The notes below the pieces were generated by a model. It did not search any database and had not been told where the DNA came from. It worked only from the letters and a program-made list of their open reading frames with translations. Both the position numbers and the translations under genes were made by a program. A stretch of 64,000 bases of DNA, taken from an uncultured Chloroflexia bacterium. GTDB taxonomy: Bacteria; Chloroflexota; Limnocylindria; Limnocylindrales; CSP1-4. Shown one piece after another: positions 42,367 through 52,664 of this stretch (within the stretch, counting starts at the first letter, position 1; the number at the start of each line of letters is the position of its first letter). Where the stretch lies: assembly GCA_963816675.1 (NCBI GenBank), contig CAWFLS010000011.1, positions 207,430 through 271,429 on the forward strand, written 5' to 3'.

Positions 42367-44168
42367 TCAGCGAACGGTCCTGTCCGCCAGGAACAGGTCG
42401 GAGCTCGCCGAGCTTGCCGGCGATGAGGTCGACGCTGCCGTCGGTCGTGTCGAAGACCGTGATCGACGCGCCGTTGCGCGACGACTGCCCGGCGGCATCG
42501 ACGCCACCCGGCGCCGCCGCGTACAGGAACTGGCCATCGGCGCTCACCGCGATCGAGGTGAAGTCCGCGGTCGGCTGCCAGTGGCCGAGGACTTCCAGCG
42601 TCGAGGCATCGAAGACGATAGACGCCGGTCGAACCTCCTGGTGCGGATCCGACGACGCCCACGACACCGATGGCGTAGATCCGGCTGCCGTCGGGCGAGG
42701 CGACGATGCCGGGGTCGAGGAAGGTCTTCGCCACGGCCGGCGGCGCGAGCCAGCGACCGAAGTCACGGCCGAGGCCCGCGAGACCACCGAAGCAGATCGT
42801 CGCCCACGGCGGCCGACGCGGGCTATCGCAGTCTCGATCGTGCCGGTCTTCAGGTCGATGCGGCCGAGCGTCCGCGCGATCGGGCCCCAGACGAACAGCG
42901 AATCGCCGCACGCGCACGGTGAGGTTGCCACCGTCGGTGCCGCCGCCGATCGTCCAGCATGTCCTGGTCGTCACCGCGGCGTCCCGTCCCGTGCGATCCG
43001 CTGGAACACGAGCCGCCCGGACACGTTCGTAGCACAGGACGTAGTAGAGGTCGTCGTCGATCAAGGCCCTGGCTCGAACTCTCCGCACGCTCCGGCCAGT
43101 GTCGACCCGGCGGCGCCCAGCCGGCCGACCTTGGCTGCCGTCGAAGGACGAGGTCCAGTGATCGGTGCCCGCCGGCGGGGCGCCGGTCGTCGGATCGTCG
43201 ACGTACCAGAAGCTCGACACGAGGATCGTGCTGCCGTCCGGCGACAGCGTCGCCGCGGGCGCGACACGGATGATCGGCCGATCGGTCTTGACGTCCGGGG
43301 TTCGCGACCGGGACGGGAACCGTCGCGACGACTTCGCCGCTGGCGATGTCGACGACGTCGAGGCCGGCCTTCCAGTCCGCGCCGTCGCGGACCGACCAGC
43401 CGACGAAGGCAAACCGACCGTCGTCCGAGACGGACGTCCCCGCGTCGACGAGCGGTGACCGTCGATTCAGCGCCTGCGCCGGATCCGGCACGCCGGTCAG
43501 GGTGCGGATCTCGCGAGCGGTCTCCGGCGCGTACCGTCCGCATCGACCGGCTGGAGGGCGATCCGAGCACCCGCCGGACCATCCGAGCGCATGACGGTCC
43601 AGTCGACGCAGACGCACAGCCACCCGCCGCCCGGCCGGGCGACGACCGGTGGTCGGACCCGAGTGGCGACCGATGACGGCACGGCCCGAGCGTCCCGGTC
43701 GACAGGTCGACGACGTGGAACCGCCCGTCGGACCGGACGAGGACGCTGGTGACGCTCGGAAGGTCGCCGTTGCGCAGGAGCGGCGGGAGCGGGGTCGCGG
43801 ATGGTGCCGCGCTCGCGGGCGGCGCTCGCGAGGCTCTGGCCGGACCGACGGCGCAGACGACGACGGCGTCGAAGCCGACGGCGCCGACGCAACGCCGCGG
43901 TCCTCGCGCGGCGCCGTCAGCCAGACGGCAGCGACGGCAAGGACGACCGTCGCGACGAGCGCCGCCGCGAGCGGACCGACGATCCGTTCGGCGCCGCCCC
44001 GCCGGCGCGCCGCGTACCGCGACCGGTCCGGTCGCGCCAGGTCGAATTCGCCGAGCCTCTGCGGCGGCATCCGCCAGTCATCGGCCACGGACCGGATCAG
44101 TCCGGCGATGCCGTTCGTCGTCGGGACCGGTGCGAGCCGTCGGGGTGCGATCCATCTCGCGGGTTCAT
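42367..44168 (-). CDS. Anti-sigma factor-like membrane protein with extracytoplasmic beta-propeller (YVTN/PD40-like repeats); many frame breaks
   Basis: GAGGTG plus ATG at 44168, a single TM (IVGPLAAALVATVVLAVAAVWL), then repeated xSPDG/SxDG blades (VSDDGRFAFVGW, LSPDGSTILVSS, VASPDGSRIYAIG, AVSADGQFLYAAAPGG). Lies immediately downstream of the ECF sigma gene. Confidence 0.55.
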
Positions 44169-44181
44169 CGAATCACCTCGG

Positions 44182-44742
44182 TCATCGGGCGGCGCGGCGG
44201 CTGCCGGCGGGGTCGGTGGCGGTATCGACCTCGGCGGCCTCCAGCCGGCGGCGGAGGGTCGCGTGCGAGCGACTGAGGATCGAGCCGACGTTGCCGGGAC
44301 TCGTCCGCAGGAACGCGCGCGATCTGGGCGTAGTCGTAGCCGTAGTAGTGGCGGAGGATCAGGACCGCGCGGGCGGTCGGCTCGAGCGCGGAGAGGCCCT
44401 CTTCGACGAGGTCGCGCGCCGTCACTTCGATCGCCGGATCGGCGCCTTGCGTCGGTGGCGCCGGAAAGGCGACCGATCGCCGGGCGCCGCGAGCCGGCGC
44501 ACGCGACGCCGCCGGAGGTCGTCGATCGCGGCGTTGCTGACGATCCCGTGCAGCCACGCGCGCAGCGATCGGTTGGCGTCGTACTGATGCCAGCGGTCGA
44601 AGGCCCGGGCGAACGTGTCGTGGGTGGCATCGACCGCCGCATCGGGATCGCGGAGGATCGCGAGGGCGACACGGTAGACGTCGTCGGCGTGGTCGCGGTA
44701 CGCGCGCTCGACGGCCTGCCAGCGAAGATCTCGGTCGTCCAT
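44182..44742 (-). CDS. ECF (group IV) RNA polymerase sigma factor; one to two frame breaks
   Basis: Region 2 is in ORF 44422..44742 (DATHDTFARAFDRWHQYD...RAWLHGIVSNAAIDDLRRR). Region 4 is LEPTARAVLILRHYYGYDYAQIA, then (shift) LRTSPGNVGSILSRSHATLRRRL. Confidence 0.8.
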
Positions 44743-44839
44743 GGTCTATGTACGTCCCGAGCGGCGTAGTTCCTTGCATCTGACCCGAATGCCTTTTTGT
44801 GCGTGGCATCATGGTCGGATCGCGGTGGAGGATCTGGTC

Positions 44840-45251
44840 ATGCGTTCCTACCTGATCGTGGCCAATCAGACACTGACCAGCGAGTCGCTGCAGCAGGCGA
44901 TCAGGGCTCGGCTCGTCGACGGACCGATCGAGACCTATGTCGTCGTGCCGCTGACGCCGGTCGGCGGCCGGCTGACCTGGGACGAGCAGGCGTCGTGGGA
45001 CGTGGCCAAGGCTCGACTCGACGACGTCCTCGCGCGTCTTCGCGAGATGGGCGCCGATGCCGACGGCGAGGTCGGCGACCGCGACCCGGTCGCTGCCGTG
45101 CGGGACGCGATGCGCGGCCGAACCGTCGACGAGGTGATCGTCTCGACGCTCCCCAAGGGAATCTCGCGATGGCTCGGCGAGGACGTGCCGAGCCGGCTGC
45201 AGGAAGCGGTCCAGGTCCCGATCACGGTCGTCACGCAGGCCGAGCTCGTAG
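44840..45251 (+). CDS. Hypothetical ~135-aa protein (conserved actinobacterial-type MRSYLIVANQTL... family); 3' end uncertain
   Basis: Internal ATG of ORF 44741..45460. The ORF as given runs 200 nt into the convergent MBL gene, so a frame slip to TAG 45249 is assumed. Confidence 0.4.
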
Positions 45252-45252
45252 C

Positions 45253-45895
45253 TCAGGCGAAGAGCCGGCCCCCGTCGCGGACCAGTTCCATCCACGGCCG
45301 CTCGCGGCCGATGGTCGTCGCCGGTCCGTGGCCCGGGAATACGCCGAGGTGGTTTTCGAGCGCCGGCGAGGCGCGCGATCGAGGCGACCATCGCGTTCGG
45401 GGTCGCCGCCCGGCAGGTCGACTCGGCCCCACGCGCCGGCGAATAGCGTGTCGCCGCTGAACAGGAGGCCGTCGTCCTCGGCGAGGAGGCAGACCGAGCC
45501 TTCCGTGTGACCCGGGGTGTGGAGGACCCGGAGCCGGATCTCGCCGAACCGGACGACGCCACGCTCGGCCAGCTCGACCGCCGGCACGGACGGCGGGATC
45601 TCGAACGGCGCGAACAGCGGCTGCGGGTGGACGAGCCGCTCGCGGTCGAGCGGATGGACCGCGATCTCGGCTCCCGGTGTGGTCCGCGACCGCAGCGTTG
45701 TCACCGATGTGGTCCCAGTGACCGTGGGTCGAGACGATCAGCTTCAGCGTCCAGTCGCGAGCGGCCAGCTCGTCGGCGATCCAGCGCGAGCGACGGCGTC
45801 GCGGTATCGATGGCGATCGCCTCGCGCGTGCGCGCGTCCGCAAGGACGTAGACGTTCGTCGCGACAGGTCCGACGACCCTGGTCAGCCGTTCCAT
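45253..45895 (-). CDS. MBL-fold metallo-hydrolase (glyoxalase II-like); three frame breaks
   Basis: Pieces: NVYVLADARTREAIAIDT; LIVSTHGHWDHIGDN (HxHxDH motif); VLHTPGHTEGSVCLL; FSGDTLFAGAWGRVDLPGGD; FPGHGPATTIGRE. Confidence 0.8.
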
Positions 45896-45916
45896 GGCGA
45901 CGCGTCCGGCCGGAGG

Positions 45917-46359
45917 TCAGGCCTCGAGCTTCGTCTTCATGCACGTGAAGGTCTGGCCGATCATCTTGTTCGCCGTGCCTTCGATCATCCGCGCGCCGAC
46001 GCTCGCGAGCGTGCCGGACAGGTTGACGTCGGCCGACCAGTCCATGACGGTCCCGCCGTCCTCGCCGTCGGAGAGATTCATCTGGGCGGTGGCGTCGACG
46101 GCGCTGCCCGGGCGCCTGGCCGTGGGCCTTGATCAGAGCGCGGTCCGGCGGCGTCGGTCTCGGCGAGCTCCATGTTCACGACGAATCGCGCACTGATGAA
46201 CCCGATCCCGACCTTCGCCGTCGCCTTGAAATGGGTCTCGTCGATGACCTCGATCTTCTCGACGCCCGGGCCGCACTGGCCGACCTGGTCGGGATCGATG
46301 ACGAACGCCCAGACCTTCTCGCGCGGGGCCTTGATCGCCACGGAGCCTTCGAAATGCAT
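45917..46359 (-). CDS. coxG: SRPBCC/CoxG-family carbon monoxide dehydrogenase subunit G; one frame break ~46130
   Basis: MHFEGSVAIKAPREKVWAFVIDPDQVGQCGPGVEKIEV...FISARFVVNMELAE, then a shifted tail ...LSGTLASVGARMIEGTANKMIGQTFTCMKTKLEA*. Confidence 0.75.
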
Positions 46360-46390
46360 GGATCCTCCGGGATTGCGTGTGGGACGACGG

Positions 46391-47461
46391 TCAGTCGTGC
46401 ATCGGAGAATACGTGGTCGCCTCGAGGTACGTCGCCGGCTCCTTGATGAACCGGGTCCGGCAGCCGATCGAGCAGAACGCGTAGATGACCCCGTCGTGCT
46501 CGGCCAGGTGGCGGGCGTGCGCCCGCTCGACGGTCATGCCGCAGACCGGGTCGAGCAGGACGATGTCGTCGACGACGGGTTCGAGCGAGATCGTCTCCGG
46601 GAGCGCGCCGGCGACGGTCGCAGGTCCGGGCGAGGCGACGAAATCGGCCCGGCCGCGGCGAACCTGCACGAGCTCGGCGAGGATCGAGAGCGCGATCTCC
46701 TCGGCCGTCTCGGCACCGATGTCCATCCCGGCCGGCGCGCGCAGCGCCGCGATGCGCTCGTCGCCGATCGTCGTCTCCTCGCGGAGCCACTCGCGCACGA
46801 CGCCCGCGCGGGTGGGCGACGCGACGAGGCCGACGTACGCGGCGTCACGGGTGAGCGCGAGACCGACGGCCTCCTCGTCCCAGATCCCCTGGCTGGCGAC
46901 GACGACGTACGGCGACGCCTCGGGGTCGAGGCCTCGGATGTCGGCCGAGCGGTGGACGCGGTCGGCACCCGGAAACGCGTCGGCCTCCGCGATCGGGTCG
47001 ATGACGGTCACCCGCCAGCCCGCGGCCGCACCCAGGCGGGCGAGGGCTCCGGCGATCGGCGTCGTCCCGACGACCCAGAGCTGCGCGACGGGGACATGCG
47101 GTTCCACGTAGATCTCCAGGGTGCCACCGGAGTGGCACGTCATGACGAGCTCGATGACGCCGTCGGCCCGGCGTCCCTCACCCGGACCGTCCTTCGACAG
47201 CCGGAGCAGCCGTGGCTGGGCGTCCGCGAGCGAGCGGAGCGCCTCGCGAACGACGACCGGCTGGGCGCAGCTGCCGCCGACCCAGCCCTCGATCGAACCG
47301 TCCGGATGAACGATGCCGGACGCGCCGGGCCGCGCCGAGGTGGGCCGCCGGACCGCCACGACCGTGGCGACCGCGAACGACCGCCCGTCGGCTTCGAGCT
47401 CGGCCGCCCGCGCGAGACGAATCGATCCGCAGCTCAGGCGGCATGTCATGCTGCTGCGCAC
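46391..47461 (-). CDS. XdhC/CoxF/CoxI-family maturation protein fused to a C-terminal YHS (TRASH-type metal-binding) domain
   Basis: Intact 356-aa ORF with XdhC N-domain and Rossmann-like parts (LWVVGTTPIAGALARLG). The C-terminus DPVCGMTVERAHARHLAEHDGVIYAFCSIGCRTRFIKEP matches the YHS pattern. Confidence 0.75.
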   Translation of the reverse strand: MRSSMTCRLSCGSIRLARAAELEADGRSFAVATVVAVRRPTSARPGASGIVHPDGSIEGWVGGSCAQPVVVREALRSLADAQPRLLRLSKDGPGEGRRADGVIELVMTCHSGGTLEIYVEPHVPVAQLWVVGTTPIAGALARLGAAAGWRVTVIDPIAEADAFPGADRVHRSADIRGLDPEASPYVVVASQGIWDEEAVGLALTRDAAYVGLVASPTRAGVVREWLREETTIGDERIAALRAPAGMDIGAETAEEIALSILAELVQVRRGRADFVASPGPATVAGALPETISLEPVVDDIVLLDPVCGMTVERAHARHLAEHDGVIYAFCSIGCRTRFIKEPATYLEATTYSPMHD

Positions 47462-47507
47462 GCTCCGTAGTCATCGGTGCGATGAGCGAACCGTCAGCCT
47501 GGCCGCA

Positions 47508-49882
47508 TCAGCTGCGGACGCCCTTCTCGTGGAGGATGGTCCACACCTTCTGCGGCGTTATCGGGATATCGATATTGCGAACGCCGAGGTGCCACAGCGC
47601 ATCCACGACGGCGTTGGCGATGGCCGGTGGGGCGCCGACCGTCGCCGACTCCCCTACCCCCTTGGCGCCGATCGGGTGATGCGGCGAAGGCGTGATCGTC
47701 TTGGCTACCTCCCAGGCCGGTGTCTCGACGGCGGTCGGGAGCAGGTAGTCCATGAAGGTGCCGGCCATGTTGTTGCCGAGCTCGTCGTAGGTGATCTCCT
47801 CGTACAGCGCCGGCGCGAGACCCATCGTCGAGCCCGCCGTGGATCTGGCCGTCCACGATCATCGGGTTGATGATGTTGCCGCAGTCGTCGACCGCGACGA
47901 AGCGGCGGATGTTGACGCGCCCTGTCCCCTTGTCGATGTCGACGACGCAGATGTAGCTGCCGAACGGGAACGTGAGGTTCGGCGGGTCGTAGTAGTTGAC
48001 GGCCTCGAGACCGGCCTCCATCCCCTCCGGATGGTTGGTGTAGGCGGCGAACGCGATCTCCTGGATCGTCTTGAAGCGGTCGGGCGAGCCCTTGACGCTG
48101 AACTTGCCGGGCTCCCAGTCGAGGTCGTCCTCGTTGGCCTCGAGGAGGTGGGCCGCGATCTTTCGCGCCTTCGCCTGGATCTTGCGGGCGGCCATGGCAG
48201 TGGCGGCGCCGGCGACCGGCGTCGACCGTGAGGCGTAGGTTCCCAGGCCGTAGGGCGCGGTGTCGGTGTCGCCCTCCTCGATCTTGATGTCGGCGACCGG
48301 GAAGCCGAGCTCCTCGGCGATGATCTGGGCGAACGTCGTCTCGTGACCCTGGCCCTGGCTCTGGACACCGAGCCGGGCGAGGACCTTGCCGGTCGGGTGG
48401 ACCCGGATCTCGCACGAGTCGAACATCTTGATCCCGAGGATGTCGAAGTCGTGCGACGGCCCGGCACCGACGATCTCGGTGAAGCTGCTGATGCCGATGC
48501 CCATCAGCTCGCCGCGAGCACGCTTCTCCGCCTGCTCCGCTCGGAGACCGGCGTAGTCGATCATGTCCATGGCCTTCTGGAGCGCGGCCGGGTAGTTGCC
48601 CGAGTCGTACGACCAGCCGGTCGGCGTCTTGTACGGGAACTGCTCGGGCTGGATGAAGTTCTCCATCCGGAGCTGCGCCGGATCCTTGCCGATCTGGTGG
48701 GCCAGGATGTCGACCATCCGCTCGACTGCGTGGACCGCCTCGGTCACCCGGAACGAGCATCGATAGGCGACGCCGCCGGGCGGCTTGTTGGTGTAGACGC
48801 CATCGACTTCGACGAAGGCGTTCGGGAAGTCGTACGAGCCGGTGATGACGTTGAACAGGCCGGCCGGGTACTTCGACGGGTCTGCCGCGGCGTCGGTGTA
48901 GCCGTGGTCGGCGATCGTCTTCGCCTTGAGCGAGGTGATCTTGCCGTCCTTGGTCGCGCCCATCTCGGCATGGATGTGGTAGTCGCGGGCGAACGAGTCG
49001 GCCTGGAGGTTCTCGGAGCGGTCCTCGATCCACTTGACCGGCTTGCCGACGGTCAGGCTGGCGACGACCGCCAGGACGTAGCCCGGATAGACCGGCACCT
49101 TGCCGCCGAACCCGCCGCCGATGTCGTGGGTCTTGACCCTGATGTTCTGCTCCGGCAGACCTGCTGACGAGGGCCAGGACGGTCCGGATCGCGTGCGGCG
49201 CCTGGCTCGTGAGGTGGAGCGTCAACTGACCGCGGGTCGCGTTCCAGTCGGCGACGCAGCCGCACGTCTCGATCGACGCGACGTGGATCCGCGGGATGTA
49301 GATGTCCTCTTCGATCCGGACCTCGGCCGCGGCGAGGTCGGCGTCGGTGGCGGCCCGGTCACCGGATTCCCAGTGCCAGATGTGGTTGTTCTGCTTGTCC
49401 GGGCCGCGGTCGGGGCGAAGGACGAACGCGCCGTCCTCGAGCGCCTTGTGCGGGTCGACGACGACCGGGAGAGGCTCGTAGTCGACCAAGACGGCGGCGA
49501 CACCGTCGGCGGCGATGTACTTCGTCGTGGCGACGACCGCGGCGACCTCCTGCGACTGGTACATGACCGTGTCCGTCGGAAGCACCATCTGCTTGTCGCC
49601 GGCGAGGGTCGGCATCCAGTGGAGACCGGCCTTCTCGAGGTCTGCGCCGGTGATGACCGCCAGGACGCCCGGGATCTTGAGCGCCTCGGTCGCGTCGATG
49701 CCCTTGATCGTGGCGTGGGCGTACGGGCTGCGGACGATGTCGAGCCAGAGCTGGCCCGGCAGGTTGACGTCGTCGATGTACTCGCCCTGGCCGCGGATCA
49801 TCCGCGGGTCTTCCTTGCGCTTGACCGAGTGGCCCATGCCACCCATCTCGAACGTGGTGCGGGGGGCTGTCTCTGTCGTCAT
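47508..49882 (-). CDS. coxL: Aerobic CO dehydrogenase large (molybdopterin) subunit, form I signature; two frame breaks (~49100, ~47830)
   Basis: N-terminus is in ORF 47705..49882, the middle in ORF 47494..49098 with the active-site loop GGVAYRCSFRVTE (AYRCSFR), and the C-terminus in ORF 47508..47825. A GAGGGAG RBS precedes ATG 49882. Confidence 0.88.
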
Positions 49883-49892
49883 CTCTACTCCC

Positions 49893-50442
49893 TCAGCCGG
49901 CCGCGACCGGTTCGGCGGAGACCGCCTGGCCGTCGACCGATTCCGCGGCGACGACTGGGGCGGACTCGGCTGCCGACAGTTCTCCGGCGGCCTGCTGGAT
50001 CGCCTTCACGATGTTCACGTAGCCGGTGCAGCGACACAGGTTGCCGCTGATGCCCTCCCGGATCTCGGCTTCGTCCGGGTGTCGGGTTGTCTGCGAGGAG
50101 CCAGGCGGCCTGCATGATCATCCCCGGTGTGCAGAACCCGCACTGAAGGCCGTGCTGATCCCAGAATGCCTGCTGCAGCGGGTGGAGATCCGCGCCGGTC
50201 GCCATCCCCTCGATGGTCTTGACCTCGCGGCCGTCGGCCTGGACGGCGAGCATCGTGCACGACTTCGCGCTCTCGCCGTCGACGTGCACCGTGCATGCGC
50301 CGCAGTTGCTCGTGTCGCACCCGACGTGCGTGCCGGTGAGGCCGAGGTTGTCGCGGAGGAAGTGGACGAGGAGGAGTCGCGGCTCGACTTCGGCCTCGTG
50401 GACCGCGCCGTTCACGGTGATGCTGATTCGCTGCGTTGTCAT
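49893..50442 (-). CDS. coxS: CO dehydrogenase small [2Fe-2S] subunit; one frame break near the 3' end
   Basis: ATG at 50442: [12 protein letters not shown]...[16 protein letters not shown]...[13 protein letters not shown]. The tail [13 protein letters not shown] is in a shifted frame. Confidence 0.88.
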
Positions 50443-50546
50443 GACAGCCGCTCCAGCGTGCCGATGCGCGCGCTCCGAGGTCCAAGGCGAAGCTCGGCGA
50501 CGCCGTTGGCGCGAGGATCGTGTTGGGTGGTCATCGTCTCGCCCTC

Positions 50547-51424
50547 CTATGCGTACGCGAGCGCGCGCTCGGTGGCGCTGCGAAGTGACCTCATGGTCAT
50601 CTCGGCCGCCATCGCACGCTTGTATTCGACAGAACCACGGACGTCGCCGGCTGGACGGCTCTGGGCTCCGGCGGCGTTCGCCGCTTGTCGGAAGAGCTGC
50701 TCCGAGGGCGCCGCGCCGGCGAGGATCGCTTCCGCTTCCGTGGCGGCGAACGGCGTTTCCGCGACGCCGGTGATGCCCGACGCCCGCGGTAGTGATGCGA
50801 CCATCCGGGTCCAGGCGGACGACCGATGCCACGCCGACGGTCGCGAAGTCGCCGACCTTCCGCTCGAGCTTGGCGTAGGCGCCTCCCGCGAGCCGTGGCC
50901 GGCGCGGGATGCGGATCTCGGTAAGGACCTCGGTCGGCTCGATGGCCGTGGTGAATGTGTCGAGGAAGAAGTCGCGGGCGTTGATGGTCCTGTCGCCCGG
51001 CCTGACTGCGACAGACCAGCGTCGCGCTGTTGGCGAGCAGGACAGCGGGCCAGTCCGATGCAGGGTCGGCGTGCGCCACCGAGCCACCGATCGTGCCCCA
51101 ATTGCGGACCTGCGGGTCACCGATGACGCCGGTGACGTCATGGAGGAGCGGATATCGGTCGCGGACGACGTCAGCTTCGTGGATCTGCCGATGGGTGGCG
51201 CGGGCGCCGATGCTCAATGCGTCGTCGCCTTCGGTGATCGCATCGAGGCCGCCGATCGACTGGAGGTCGACGAGCAGGCCGGGCTGTGCGAGCCGGAGCT
51301 TGATCAAAGGAAGAAGGCTGTAGCCGCCGGACAGCAGCTTGGCCTCCCCTTCACGGTCCTTGAGGATCTGCAGGACGTCGTCCAGGCTTCCCGGGCGAAC
51401 GTAGTCGAACTGGCCTGGGATCAT
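50547..51424 (-). CDS. coxM: CO dehydrogenase medium FAD-binding subunit; two frame breaks
   Basis: GGAGGAGGG plus ATG at 51424: [23 protein letters not shown]...[15 protein letters not shown]...[19 protein letters not shown]. It continues in two other frames to ...[29 protein letters not shown]. Confidence 0.85.
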
Positions 51425-51782
51425 CGCGCTGGACCCTCCTCCCCGCTCATGGCGGGGCCGATTGCGGCCCACCACGACACGGCGGACCAGAGCTGTCGCG
51501 AGGATGTCGGGCCATCGATCGAGCCGCGCCCCAGGCTCGATCGGTGTCCGCGAGGCGTTGCGGAACAGTATCCGTCGCCGGTCGTTGCCGCGTCAACGCT
51601 GGCCGCGGGTGCCGTGCGGGGACGCGACGGGGCGCCGGCGACGCTGCTCCGGCGGCGGCCGCGCTGACGACGACGGTCGCGCCGCGGCGGCGCGCGGGTA
51701 GACCGCGAGAACACCTTGCGCGGTGGCTCGTGGTGTGGTGCGTGGCCGGCGCGGCCCCGGAGCGGATCTCGCCCGCCAGGGG

Positions 51783-52006
51783 ATTCCTTGCCAAATACGA
51801 ATGCGGCTCGTGTTGTGCGAGAGATCAGATCAGACGACGCCGCTGAAGGCCGTAACTCGACGGTGGTTCGTATCTGGCACGGATTCGACCAGCATCGGTC
51901 CGGTCGCTCGCCTAATACGAAGCTGGGTCGTATATGGCATGGATCGGCGTCGCCTCGCGGCCGGGAGTTCGCATACCACGAGCCTCGCTAATAAATGGCA
52001 AGGATT
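51783..52006. repeat. Array of a ~21-nt motif (consensus nnTTCGTATnTGGCAnGGATT) in an AT-rich intergenic region upstream of coxM
   Basis: Forward copies at 51865, 51925 and 51986 (60-61 bp spacing). An inverted copy at 51783..51803. Weaker copies at 51909 (inverted) and 51967. Confidence 0.6.
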
Positions 52007-52132
52007 TGCCTGGGTGGCGTCAATGCGGGTGGCGACGCAGGAGACGGATCGTCGCATCGCCGCGGCGCCACGTGTGGCTCACGAGTTGCCGGCCGCCCGA
52101 GCGAACCGCCGATGAACTCATCGGTCGAGCGT

Positions 52133-52552
52133 TCAGCGGATCCCGGTGTCGTACTCGAGATCGACGCGTTCGGCCTTCGGGGAGGTCAACGTAACGCTCA
52201 CTGGCGCTGGAGTCCCGACGAGACCGGCGACCGGGAGGCCAGAAACGAGCACGGTCCCTGCCTCGCCCACGGCCAAAAGATAGGAACCATCCGGTTGGCT
52301 TGTGGCCCGACCGAGCTCTTTGCCGCTGGCGTCCGTCGCGACGATCACCGCGCCACCCACCGGCCGTGGCGCGCATTGTGGGGCGGGCGGAGACGACTCG
52401 ACCGGGCAGACGGGGCCGGCCGTGATCGTGCCCGAGACAACTCCGCGCGGAGGGTCCGGCCGGTGAGACGATCGGTGATGGATTGGGCGATGCCGAACCG
52501 CCGCTTCCCAGGCTGCAGCAGCAGACAGCAGACCGCCGACGAGCGCGAGCAT
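52133..52552 (-). CDS. Small secreted or membrane-anchored protein with a carboxypeptidase-regulatory/Cna-B-like beta-sandwich segment
   Basis: Internal ATG gives MLALVGGLLSAAAAWEA (signal or anchor). Then GVVSGTITAGPVCP...GAVIVATDASGKELGRATSQPDGSYLLAV. Confidence 0.45.
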   Translation of the reverse strand: MLALVGGLLSAAAAWEAAVRHRPIHHRSSHRPDPPRGVVSGTITAGPVCPVESSPPAPQCAPRPVGGAVIVATDASGKELGRATSQPDGSYLLAVGEAGTVLVSGLPVAGLVGTPAPVSVTLTSPKAERVDLEYDTGIR

Positions 52553-52664
52553 CGTGATCCCCTTCACGGATCGATGACGCGGCAAAGGCTCCTCGGGTCC
52601 GACGGCGTCCAGCGTGGACCACGACCAGCATCCGATGACGAGAGCCGGCGTGCCGACACGGCTC

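Noticed and set aside
51997-52011. Sigma-54-like promoter TGGCAAGGATTTGCC
   Set aside because: GG-to-GC spacing is one nucleotide short of the -24/-12 consensus. It points toward the ends of minus-strand genes, and it is simply one copy of the repeated 21-nt motif.
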